A DNA stretch of 32,000 bases, from NCBI RefSeq assembly GCF_000015225.1, contig NC_008698.1:1170001-1202000 (forward strand). Reading direction: 5' to 3'. Positions 1 through 7,077 of the stretch are shown piece by piece. Source of the stretch: Thermofilum pendens Hrk 5. Lineage in GTDB: Archaea; Thermoproteota; Thermoprotei; Thermofilales; Thermofilaceae. A program made the position numbers and the translations under genes. The notes beneath the pieces are model-generated. The model was not told where the DNA came from. It ran no database searches and saw only the letters and a program-made list of their open reading frames with translations. Positions within the stretch are counted from its first letter, which is position 1. The number at the start of each line of letters is the position of its first letter.

Positions 1-647
1 AGCCCATCGATGGCGAGTTCGCATCGAGGATAGTCGAGAAGACCGGGGAGCTCGGAGTAGCGGCTGTCTTCACCATGTTCCTGAGGGAGGGTCCCGGCGT
101 GTACAACGCGGCGGTGCTAGCCGAGGAGGGCAAGGTTAAGGCGGTGTACAGGAAGATCCACCTTTTCGACGCCTACGGCTACAGGGAGTCCAGCGTCTTC
201 TCCCCGGGCAGGGAGCCCGTAGTGGCGGACCTTAAGGGGCTCCGGCTCGGCATCGCGGTGTGCTTCGACCTCAGGTTCCCGGAGCTCTTCCGGTCGATGT
301 TCCTCAGGGGGGCCGAAGTCTTCGTAGTGCCCTCCGCCTGGTACAGGGGCCCCTACAAGGTTGAGCAGTGGAAAGCCCTCACGGCCGCCAGGGCCCACGA
401 GAACACCTCCTACCTCGTCGCGGTGAACCAGGTGGGCGAGAGCTTCACGGGGCACAGCCTAGTCGCTACGCCGCTCGGCCACCTGCTCGTAGACCTCGGC
501 GAGGGGGAGAGGAGCATCGCCGTAGACCTGGACGAAGGGGAGCTCGCCTCGGCCAGGGAGAGGATACCGGTCAGGGACCTACTGAGGCTGGAGCTGTACA
601 GGGAGTGGTACGCCGGCTTCAAGCGACCCGGAGAAGCCTCGGGATAA
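1..647 (+). CDS. Carbon-nitrogen hydrolase (nitrilase superfamily), 5'-truncated by window edge
   Basis: The frame is open from nt 3 (PIDGEFASRIVEKTGELGVAAVFT then MFLREG...), so tracked ORF 75..647 is only the ATG-delimited part. GIAVCFDLRFPELFR (catalytic-Cys strand) and VPSAWY...ARAHENTSYLVAVNQVG fit the CN-hydrolase fold. Stop is TAA 645-647. Confidence 0.85.
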   Translation, partial: PIDGEFASRIVEKTGELGVAAVFTMFLREGPGVYNAAVLAEEGKVKAVYRKIHLFDAYGYRESSVFSPGREPVVADLKGLRLGIAVCFDLRFPELFRSMFLRGAEVFVVPSAWYRGPYKVEQWKALTAARAHENTSYLVAVNQVGESFTGHSLVATPLGHLLVDLGEGERSIAVDLDEGELASARERIPVRDLLRLELYREWYAGFKRPGEASG

Positions 648-1338
648 CCCCGGGCACCTCCTCTAGCCTCCTGACAACCGCGATTCTCAGCGACTCGTCT
701 ACGAAGGCCTCGCCCCGCCCCCCGTCTACGAGCACGCCGGCAACCCCGGCCGCCAAGGCTCCCGCGAGGTCCTCCTGGGGGCTATCGCCCACGTGCACCA
801 CCCCCTCCCGCGGGGCCCCCGTGAGCCTGAGGAGCTCCGCGAAGAAGCCTGGGTCAGGCTTGAGCCGCCCCACCTCGTCGGCGTAGACCTGGACCCTGAA
901 GAACCTGGAGAAGCCGGCCCTGTCGAGGAGAACCCTGGTCACGTAGCCCGGCCAGTAGATAACGTTGCTCGCAACAGCCAGCGAGTAGCCCTCCTCGTGT
1001 AACCGCTCAACGGTCTCCAGGCTCCCGGGGATGAGGAGATCCGAGACGGAGACCCTGTTCGCAGCCCTAGCGAATGCCAGGAAGACGTCGCCCTTCGTCA
1101 ACCCGGCCCCGGAGGAGCCCAGCGCTACGGCGACAGAGCTTCCGATGACGTCGCCCGGGTCTATCGCTCCAAGCCTGCGAGCGCCCTTAACCTCCCTGTA
1201 GCCCTTCACAAGGAGATCGAGGGCCTCCCGAAAGCCGAGTATCCCGAGCTCCTCCATGGCCCGCGCCGCCGCCTCGTAGAACGGCTCTATCCTGAGCAAA
1301 GTCCCCCAAACGTCGAAAGAGACTAGGCGCATCGCCAC
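619..1338 (-). CDS. HAD-superfamily hydrolase (haloacid-dehalogenase-like, D-x-[YW]-G-T type motif I)
   Basis: HAD motifs are readable in order: SFDVWGTLL (I), AVASNVIYW (II), GRLKPDPGFF (III), VHVGDSPQEDLAGA (IV). The tracked start is GTG 1338; ATG 1332 two codons later is equally possible. The 3' end overlaps the convergent nitrilase gene by 29 nt. Confidence 0.8.
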   Translation of the reverse strand: MAMRLVSFDVWGTLLRIEPFYEAAARAMEELGILGFREALDLLVKGYREVKGARRLGAIDPGDVIGSSVAVALGSSGAGLTKGDVFLAFARAANRVSVSDLLIPGSLETVERLHEEGYSLAVASNVIYWPGYVTRVLLDRAGFSRFFRVQVYADEVGRLKPDPGFFAELLRLTGAPREGVVHVGDSPQEDLAGALAAGVAGVLVDGGRGEAFVDESLRIAVVRRLEEVPGVIPRLLRVA

Positions 1339-1364
1339 CCCTAACGACGAGAGTACTTAAGTCT

Positions 1365-1865
1365 TTAACGTCGCATACACCTGCAGGAGGCTACGAAGTA
1401 GTCTTTGGAGACCCTGAGGTCCATGCAGGAGAGGTGCTTCGCCGCGACCTTGGCGAAGAGCCCGGGAGGCCAGCCCTCCCCCGAGCCGGGTATCATCAAC
1501 CTGCTCGAAGGAGTAAGCCCCCCGATAACCAGGCGCCCCCCGGCCCCCAGAACCCTGCAGGCCTCCTTCAGGAAGCCCTCCAGCTCGTCCGCCCTCTCGA
1601 TGCACGCGAAGCACAGCAAGAGCCCCACGGACCCCTCCCTGAACGGCAGGCGCAATGCCTCCGCGTAGACGGCCGCGGCGCCCTCTGGGAGGCCGCGCGG
1701 CGACCCGGAGGGCTCGATTACCACGTAGGCGTCGAGGCCTTCCGGGAGGCTTTCCAACGGGAGGACGCGGTACGCGGGGGGCGCCGGAAGAACTAGGGCT
1801 ACGCGCGGCGTCGCGTCCCGGGCGGCTATCGAGGCGACGTCTGCGAGCACGTCTTTCAGTAGCAT
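1365..1865 (-). CDS. Class I methyltransferase-like protein with degenerate SAM-binding motif I
   Basis: LRLPFREGSVGLLLCFACIERADELEGFLKEACRVLGAGGRLVI matches the C-terminal half of Methyltransf_11-type domains. The expected VLDxGxGxG position reads VALVLPAPPAY. A competing ORF on the same strand, 1357..2145, is R/P/G-rich junk. Confidence 0.55.
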   Translation of the reverse strand: MLLKDVLADVASIAARDATPRVALVLPAPPAYRVLPLESLPEGLDAYVVIEPSGSPRGLPEGAAAVYAEALRLPFREGSVGLLLCFACIERADELEGFLKEACRVLGAGGRLVIGGLTPSSRLMIPGSGEGWPPGLFAKVAAKHLSCMDLRVSKDYFVASCRCMRR

Positions 1866-1892
1866 CAGCGTCTCTCTCCGAGCGCCGCCCAG

Positions 1893-1902
1893 GCTTTAAA
1901 GC
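1893..1902. promoter_or_regulatory. Palindromic TATA element GCTTTAAAGC in a 58-bp divergent intergenic region
   Basis: This is the only AT-rich element between start 1865 (minus) and start 1924 (plus). Its centre lies about 32 nt and 27 nt from the two start codons, consistent with leaderless transcripts in both directions. Confidence 0.5.
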
Positions 1903-1923
1903 GTTTCGCATGAGAAGGCTTAA

Positions 1924-3228
1924 ATGGGGCGCCGTCTTACAGTGGTTCTCATGGGGTACCCGGAGGGGCTGCAGGTAGAGCCTACCAACGAGTGCAACCT
2001 GAGTTGCGTTATGTGCGTGAGGAGGACCTGGAGGGGCGGGGCTTTCGGCTTCATGGACCTCGGGCTTTACCGGAGGCTGGTGGACGAGGGCTCCGGGAAG
2101 CTGAGGAGGCTGGCTCTCTACGGGTTCGGGGAGCCCCTGCTTCACCCCGGCTTCCCGGAGATGGTTAGGTACGCTAGGGAGGTTCTCGGCGACTCGGCCT
2201 ACATACTCACGGTTACCAACGGGACGCTTATGTCCCCGGCGAGGGCCGCGGAGGTCTTCGGGGCGGGGATAGACGAGGTTGCGTTCTCGGTGGACGCGCC
2301 TGAGCTGGACCTCCTCTCCAGGATAAGGGTGGGCGTTCAGTCGTACGACGTTTTGGGGAACCTTAGGTCGGCGGCGAGGCTTAAGGAAGACTACGGCGTG
2401 AGGCTGGGCGTCTCGCTGGTGCTCATGAAGTCTAACTACAGGAGGCTTCCGAGGGTAGCCGAGGCGGCGGGGGAGCTCGGGCTAGACTTCCTCGTCGTCT
2501 CGCACGTCGTACCGTACTCGCCGGGGATGGTCGGGGAAGCTGTTTACACGACGGCTAGCAGGTTCTCGGTGGAGTTCTACGAGAAGAGCGGGCAGGACCT
2601 GAGCGTGTTAGCGCGTGAAGCCATGCAGGACGAGTTCCTCCTGCACTACACCTACGCGTCGAGGGGTAAGAGGAAGCTGTACCTCCAGCTCGTAGACCGC
2701 CTGGCGTCGAGCGGCTACAGCGTCAACGCCGAGATAGCGAGGGACGCTTTGTCGAAGAAGAGCCTCTTCGAGGAGGTCCAGCTCTACCTGAAGGAAGCCG
2801 CTAGGATCGCAGAAGAGTACGGGGTCGAGGTGAAGCTCCCCTCGCTGTACGCCGACGCGAAGAGGAGGTCCTGCCCCTACATAGACTCCAACTACGCGGT
2901 GGTACTGTGGAACGGGGACGTAGTACCATGCATGGACCTCGCCTACACGCACCCCCTATACACGAACATGCACTACAAGCTGGTGAGGCGCGTGGTATTC
3001 GGGAACGCCTCCAGGGAGCCCCTCGGAGAGATATGGGAAAGCCCGAGGTACAGGGCGTTCCGAGAGGCCCGCAGGAAGCTCTCCGACAACGTGCCCTGGT
3101 GCGGAGACTGCCCCTTCGCTACCTCGAACTGCTGGTACGTATCGGCGAACGAGTTCGACTGCTACGGCAACGAGGTGGGCTGCAACGAGTGCCTGTACAG
3201 CGCGGGGCTAGCGCACTGCCTGGTCTAG
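1924..3228 (+). CDS. Radical SAM enzyme with C-terminal SPASM-type Cys-rich domain
   Basis: CNLSCVMC (Cx3Cx2C) lies at residues 24-31 after EPTNE. GFGEPLLHP is a glycine-rich SAM motif. The C-terminal cysteine-rich part reads CPYIDSNYAVVLWNGDVVPCMD ... WCGDCPFATSNCWY ... CYGNEVGCNECLYSAGLAHC, typical of SPASM/twitch auxiliary-cluster domains. Confidence 0.85.
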   Translation: MGRRLTVVLMGYPEGLQVEPTNECNLSCVMCVRRTWRGGAFGFMDLGLYRRLVDEGSGKLRRLALYGFGEPLLHPGFPEMVRYAREVLGDSAYILTVTNGTLMSPARAAEVFGAGIDEVAFSVDAPELDLLSRIRVGVQSYDVLGNLRSAARLKEDYGVRLGVSLVLMKSNYRRLPRVAEAAGELGLDFLVVSHVVPYSPGMVGEAVYTTASRFSVEFYEKSGQDLSVLAREAMQDEFLLHYTYASRGKRKLYLQLVDRLASSGYSVNAEIARDALSKKSLFEEVQLYLKEAARIAEEYGVEVKLPSLYADAKRRSCPYIDSNYAVVLWNGDVVPCMDLAYTHPLYTNMHYKLVRRVVFGNASREPLGEIWESPRYRAFREARRKLSDNVPWCGDCPFATSNCWYVSANEFDCYGNEVGCNECLYSAGLAHCLV

Positions 3229-3609
3229 GCGTACGAGCGAGTACTGGACTGTTATCACCCCGCTAACCCCGCGAAGGGCGGAGATCAGGTTCTTCAGCCT
3301 CCCACCCTCCCCCCGCACCCCTAGAACCTCCAGGCAGAGGTCCTCGCTGAGGTGCATGTGGAGCGACGCGGAGATCTCGGGGTAGTCGTGCTGGGCGTCT
3401 GTGACCCCGTAGACTGTCTCGCCCCGGGAGTGGTCGTAGAGGACTATTATCGCCCCGGCATAGCGCGCGCCGTCCTCCAGGCTCTGCGAGGCGTACGCCA
3501 TTATGGCGTCCGAGACCAGCCTGGAGCGGTTACTTATCCTCGTCCTCTCCGCGAGCTCCTCGAGGGCTTTGTAGACCTCGTCGGGCACCGTGAGGCTAAT
3601 ACGCCTCAT
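3208..3609 (-). CDS. nikR: Nickel-responsive regulator NikR (ribbon-helix-helix plus ACT-like metal-binding domain)
   Basis: The N-terminal RHH reads MRRISLTVPDEVYKALEELAERTRISNRSRLVSDAI. The C-terminal domain carries SLHMHLSEDLCLEVL, which has the H-x-H-x5-C spacing of the E. coli NikR high-affinity Ni site, with an upstream QHD. A TATA-like TTTATTTA (minus strand) lies about 25 nt upstream. The 3' end overlaps the radical SAM gene by 21 nt. Confidence 0.8.
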   Translation of the reverse strand: MRRISLTVPDEVYKALEELAERTRISNRSRLVSDAIMAYASQSLEDGARYAGAIIVLYDHSRGETVYGVTDAQHDYPEISASLHMHLSEDLCLEVLGVRGEGGRLKNLISALRGVSGVITVQYSLVRLDQAVR

Positions 3610-3759
3610 AGGTATTCTGGTGCGACGAAGGTAAATAAAGGCAGTGCTCGGGGCGCGCGAAACCAGGAAAAAGGAAACAATGGAGATTTTACGCTAGCCC
3701 GAGCCCCTCAGCCCTCCGATATCCTCCTCCAGCTACCTCTCCAGCCCCCGTGCACGTCG

Positions 3760-4242
3760 TTAAGCCTGCTTTACGGGGACCTCGACCGCCGCCGCGAAGC
3801 CCTTCTCGACGAGCTCCCGGAGGTCCAGCCTCACCAGGTGCCTTTCGTCGCCTCCCCCCGCGTAGACCTCCCCGGCATCGAGTAGCCTCGAGTCGACGTA
3901 GACCTTGAGGCGCTTCCTGTGCCCGACCGGTGGAACCCCGCCGGGCTCGTACCCAGTCTCCTCTACTACCTCCTCCCTACGGGCTAGGCGGAGCCTCCTG
4001 TACCCGAGGAGCCTGGCGAGCCTCGACTGGTCTACCTTCAAGTCTGCCCTCACGACTACGAGCACCGTTTCGCCTCCATCGGACTTGAAGACTACGGTCT
4101 TGGCTATCCTGTCCAAGCCTACCCCGAGGCTCTCGGAGGCTTCAAGCGACGTGGCGGCGCGGGACACCTCGACTATCTCGAAGCGGAGGCCGGCAGACGA
4201 GAGAAACGACTCCAGGTCCTTCGCGCCGAGCACCGCGGTCAC
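3760..4242 (-). CDS. YbaK/ProX-type aminoacyl-tRNA trans-editing (deacylase) domain protein
   Basis: IAKTVVFKSDGGETVLVVVRADLKVDQSRLARLLG ... GYEPGGVPPVGH ... VYVDSRLLDAGEVYAGGG matches the YbaK/tRNA_edit fold. The tracked ORF (to 4374) runs 127 nt into the upstream gene with R/G-rich text. I chose GTG 4242, which lies 5 nt after the upstream stop (TAG 4250-4248). Confidence 0.75.
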   Translation of the reverse strand: MTAVLGAKDLESFLSSAGLRFEIVEVSRAATSLEASESLGVGLDRIAKTVVFKSDGGETVLVVVRADLKVDQSRLARLLGYRRLRLARREEVVEETGYEPGGVPPVGHRKRLKVYVDSRLLDAGEVYAGGGDERHLVRLDLRELVEKGFAAAVEVPVKQA

Positions 4243-4247
4243 CGCTG

Positions 4248-4988
4248 CTACTCCTGGTACACCTTCACGTAGTCTACCTCGAGGAACGTCCTCGACCTGT
4301 TCTCCTGCGTCAAGTGCCTGTACACCTGCCCCGCGTCCCTGGGGTTGTAGCCGAACACGGCGTTGTCTATCCATATGTCCGCCCTCGCCCGGGACTCGTA
4401 GCCCTTGTTCGGCAACCTCGCCGCGAGCACGCCGTCCACATAGAACCTAACCTCCGAGGCTCCCCACTCCACCCTGTAGACATGCCACTGCGTTAAGTCG
4501 AGGTGCTGCATCGACGGCTTATGGGTATGCACGACGACGCCCGGTAAACCCCCGAGCAAGCGGGTGGCTACGCTGTAGGGTAGCAGCGAGCCCCTGTACA
4601 CCTTTATAGGGGCGAAGTGGTTCCGGACCTGGGCGAAGAAGCCCTGGAACGGGTAAGGCCCCCTGCTCTGCAAGTGTATAAACCACATGGGCATGCACGT
4701 CTGGAAGACCATAGTGTGGTTCCAGAACCCCCAGCCAGCCGAGCCGTAGTGTAGCCCGCTCATCCTTATCTTCGCCTCGAAGACGGCGCGGCTCCACGGT
4801 AGCTCGTCGAACGCGCCGTCGGAGAGCTCAGCGTTGGAGTAGTAGAGCGCCTCCGTGGGCCCCATCCAGAGCCGTAGAACGCTGTTTCCGAGCTCGAACC
4901 CAGCGTAGTTGTCGACCCTGTACTTCCAGTACTCGCTCTTCTCGAGGAAGTCGTCGAAAACGAGCTTACTAGGTTTTCCCGCGACCAT
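4248..4988 (-). CDS. Hypothetical cytoplasmic protein with ConA-like/GH16-like beta-jelly-roll features
   Basis: AVFEAKIRMSGLHYGSAGWGFWNHT and WHVYRVEWGASEVRFYVDGVL resemble the two conserved strands of GH16/ConA-like lectin-glucanase folds. No signal peptide is visible. The tracked start is TTG 4991 and the next codon is ATG 4988. Fold assignment is from motif resemblance only. Confidence 0.6.
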   Translation of the reverse strand: MVAGKPSKLVFDDFLEKSEYWKYRVDNYAGFELGNSVLRLWMGPTEALYYSNAELSDGAFDELPWSRAVFEAKIRMSGLHYGSAGWGFWNHTMVFQTCMPMWFIHLQSRGPYPFQGFFAQVRNHFAPIKVYRGSLLPYSVATRLLGGLPGVVVHTHKPSMQHLDLTQWHVYRVEWGASEVRFYVDGVLAARLPNKGYESRARADIWIDNAVFGYNPRDAGQVYRHLTQENRSRTFLEVDYVKVYQE

Positions 4989-5029
4989 CAAGGTTGAAGA
5001 AAATTACTGGCTAAAACCTTTTCTATGAT

Positions 5030-5116
5030 GGCTTGAAGATGAACGTTTTGGAAAGCTCTAAGGCTTTTTCCTGGGGACCTCTATGGCACGCGATACTCGC
5101 GTGCATCTTCATTTTT
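5030..5116 (+). ncRNA. Candidate small structured RNA (nested stems followed by T5)
   Basis: Three pairings are visible: TGAAGAT (5034-5040) with ATCTTCA (5105-5111); a perfect hairpin GCACGCGA-TAC-TCGCGTGC (5086-5104); and GGAAAGC (5050-5056) with GCTTTTTCC (5063-5071). TTTTT follows at 5112-5116, and AT-rich AAAATTAC lies about 25-30 nt upstream. No homology support. Confidence 0.25.
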
Positions 5117-5320
5117 ACCTCTTGCCAGGGTTCTCCGGCGGGAAACGCGGAAAACTTTGAGAAAGGTTAGAGGTCTCGGTTTTTAGGCTAGCCGGTAAGC
5201 CGAGCGTTCTCTGAAAGCCCGGTATAAATTCGAGCAAAGAAGTCTATCGCTTTCTGCTCGTGAAAAGATATTTAACTGCCCTCGTGTAGCTATACACGCT
5301 GTAGGTGGAGTACTTAGAGT

Positions 5321-6160
5321 ATGTCATTTGAGGTTCAAGACCTCTACGACGTTATCAAGATCTCGATCCTGCTGGCGCTGGAGGACGACCCGAGGCTGAG
5401 GCTAGACGAGCTAGAGTCCAGGCTAAGGGAGCTCTACGGGAACGAAGTCGGCCTGGACCCCGCCGAGATTAGGAAGGCTCTCTCCGAGCTCTCCGGCGAG
5501 GGTTTAGTTGTTTGCAAGGACGGCGTCCTAGAGCTCACGGAGGCCGGTCTTAAGATAAGCGAGGACTGGAGGAACCTGTTGCTGAAGAGCGAGCCTGTGC
5601 TGGAAGTAGTGGCAGGGCTCACGGATGGTACCGTGACTGGCCTCATAACCGTAATCTCCTCCCACCTCGCCGGGCTCTCCTCGAAGCTCACGGTGTTCGC
5701 ATCCCTCCTCGCCCTGACGTCCGTTGCTGTGACGAACTTCTCGAGCTTCTTCCTGGGCGGGGTCACGGAGGACCTCTCGGAGGTAGTGGCGCTGAGGAGG
5801 CTGATGGCGTACAGCCTGAGCGACCACCCGGACAAGAGGCAAGTCTCCAGATCACTCAAGCTCCTGGGCCGCCTCTACAGGGTGCTCTACAGGGAGATCC
5901 GGAGGGCAAACGTTCTCTCAGCCGCCCTCTCCGGTGTAGCCACGCTCGCCGCCGGCTTCGTACCCATAGCTCTCTACCTCGCGCTACCCCCGCCGTTCAA
6001 CCTCCTGGCGTCCATCGCCGTGGTGAGCGCGGCTATCCTGGCGCTGGCGAAGTACCGCTCAAGCGCCGCGAGGACGCACTTCAAGAGGACGCTCGCCGAG
6101 ACCCTGCTGGTGATACTGCTCGTCGTGCTCGTATCCCTGCTCCTAGGGCTCAACGCCTAG
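5321..6160 (+). CDS. Winged-helix domain fused to a VIT1/CCC1-like (Fe/Mn transporter family) membrane domain
   Basis: The N-terminal ~90 aa (ISILLALEDDPRLRLDELESRL...GEGLVVCKDGVLELTEAGLK) looks like a wHTH. It is followed by VAGLTDGTVTGLITV ... FFLGGVTEDLSE ... and C-terminal TM helices (AAGFVPIALYLAL), typical of VIT1 proteins. GGTGGA lies 12 nt upstream of the ATG. Confidence 0.7.
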   Translation: MSFEVQDLYDVIKISILLALEDDPRLRLDELESRLRELYGNEVGLDPAEIRKALSELSGEGLVVCKDGVLELTEAGLKISEDWRNLLLKSEPVLEVVAGLTDGTVTGLITVISSHLAGLSSKLTVFASLLALTSVAVTNFSSFFLGGVTEDLSEVVALRRLMAYSLSDHPDKRQVSRSLKLLGRLYRVLYREIRRANVLSAALSGVATLAAGFVPIALYLALPPPFNLLASIAVVSAAILALAKYRSSAARTHFKRTLAETLLVILLVVLVSLLLGLNA

Positions 6161-7029
6161 GCGCGGAACAGGCCCGGGGTAGCATAACGCCTGCCCTTCG
6201 CCTTCTTCGCCTCGTCCCACTCGTGGAGTATCTTCACAGCCTCGTTCGCGGTACGCACAGCAGCCTCCACGCCAGCGTTCTCTACGAGTTCGTCCTTAAC
6301 CCTGTTTGCCACGACGGCCAGCACGGCGCCGCCGCGCGCCCCGTAGATCGAGGACAGCGTTAGGATGGTTGAAGCCTCCATCTCGAAGCTCAGCACCCCG
6401 GCCCTCTGGAGGTCCGGTATGAGGTCCTTCATCCAGCTCTGCTCGTAGCCCTTGAAGCCCGGCCTCGCCTGGCCCGTGTAGAAGGAGTCCGTTGAAGCCA
6501 CTACCCCCACGTGGTACCTGGCGCCTACGCTCTCGGCCGCCTCTATCAGCGCCTCCACGACCTCGAAGTGCGCGATAGCCGGGTACTCCGCCCTCACGTA
6601 CTGCTTCGTCGTCCCGTCGAGCCTAACGGCGCCCGCGACTATTATCACGTCGCCCACGTCGATGAAGGGCTGTATAGCCCCCGTCGTTCCTACGCGTATA
6701 AACGTCGACGCGCCCACCCTCAGCAACTCCTCCACTGCTATCGCCGCCGCGGGGCCGCCTATACCCGTGGAGGTAGCCGAGACCTCGACGCCCTTATACC
6801 TACCCGTGTGCGTCACGTACTCCCTGTGCCTCGCGACCTCCCTGTACTCGTCCCAGAAGCTGGAGATGTAGGGCACTCTCTCCGGGTCGCCCGGAAGGAG
6901 CACGGTCGGGGCGACGTCCCCCGGCCTGCACTTTATGTGGTACTGGAGCCCCCCGCTACCCGAAGGCTCCCGGGCGCGCACCTTCTCCCCAGTCACCGCC
7001 AACCCTCCGGTCCGGCGCGGGCCAGGCAT
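6157..7029 (-). CDS. udp: Uridine phosphorylase (PNP/UDP-1 family)
   Basis: There is extended collinear similarity to E. coli Udp: LLPGDPERV, SATSTGIGGPAAAIAVEELLRVGASTFIRVGTTGAIQPFIDVGDVIIVAGAVRLDGTT, FEMEASTILT. The N-terminal ~25 aa extension may reflect a downstream true start. Confidence 0.9.
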   Translation of the reverse strand: MPGPRRTGGLAVTGEKVRAREPSGSGGLQYHIKCRPGDVAPTVLLPGDPERVPYISSFWDEYREVARHREYVTHTGRYKGVEVSATSTGIGGPAAAIAVEELLRVGASTFIRVGTTGAIQPFIDVGDVIIVAGAVRLDGTTKQYVRAEYPAIAHFEVVEALIEAAESVGARYHVGVVASTDSFYTGQARPGFKGYEQSWMKDLIPDLQRAGVLSFEMEASTILTLSSIYGARGGAVLAVVANRVKDELVENAGVEAAVRTANEAVKILHEWDEAKKAKGRRYATPGLFRA

Positions 7030-7046
7030 ATAAGCGTAGCGTCACG

Positions 7047-7056
7047 GATTTAACCC
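7047..7056. promoter_or_regulatory. Single TATA-like element GGATTTAACC in the 48-bp udp/rpiB divergent spacer
   Basis: This is the only TTTAA element between start 7029 (minus) and ATG 7078 (plus). It lies about 22 and 26 nt from the two starts. Confidence 0.45.
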
Positions 7057-7077
7057 CCCGCGGCTAGGCTGTACGCG

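Noticed and set aside
4243-4374. N-terminal 44-aa extension of the YbaK-like ORF.
   Set aside because: It overlaps the upstream gene and reads R/G/Q-rich. GTG 4242 directly after the upstream stop yields the normal domain length.
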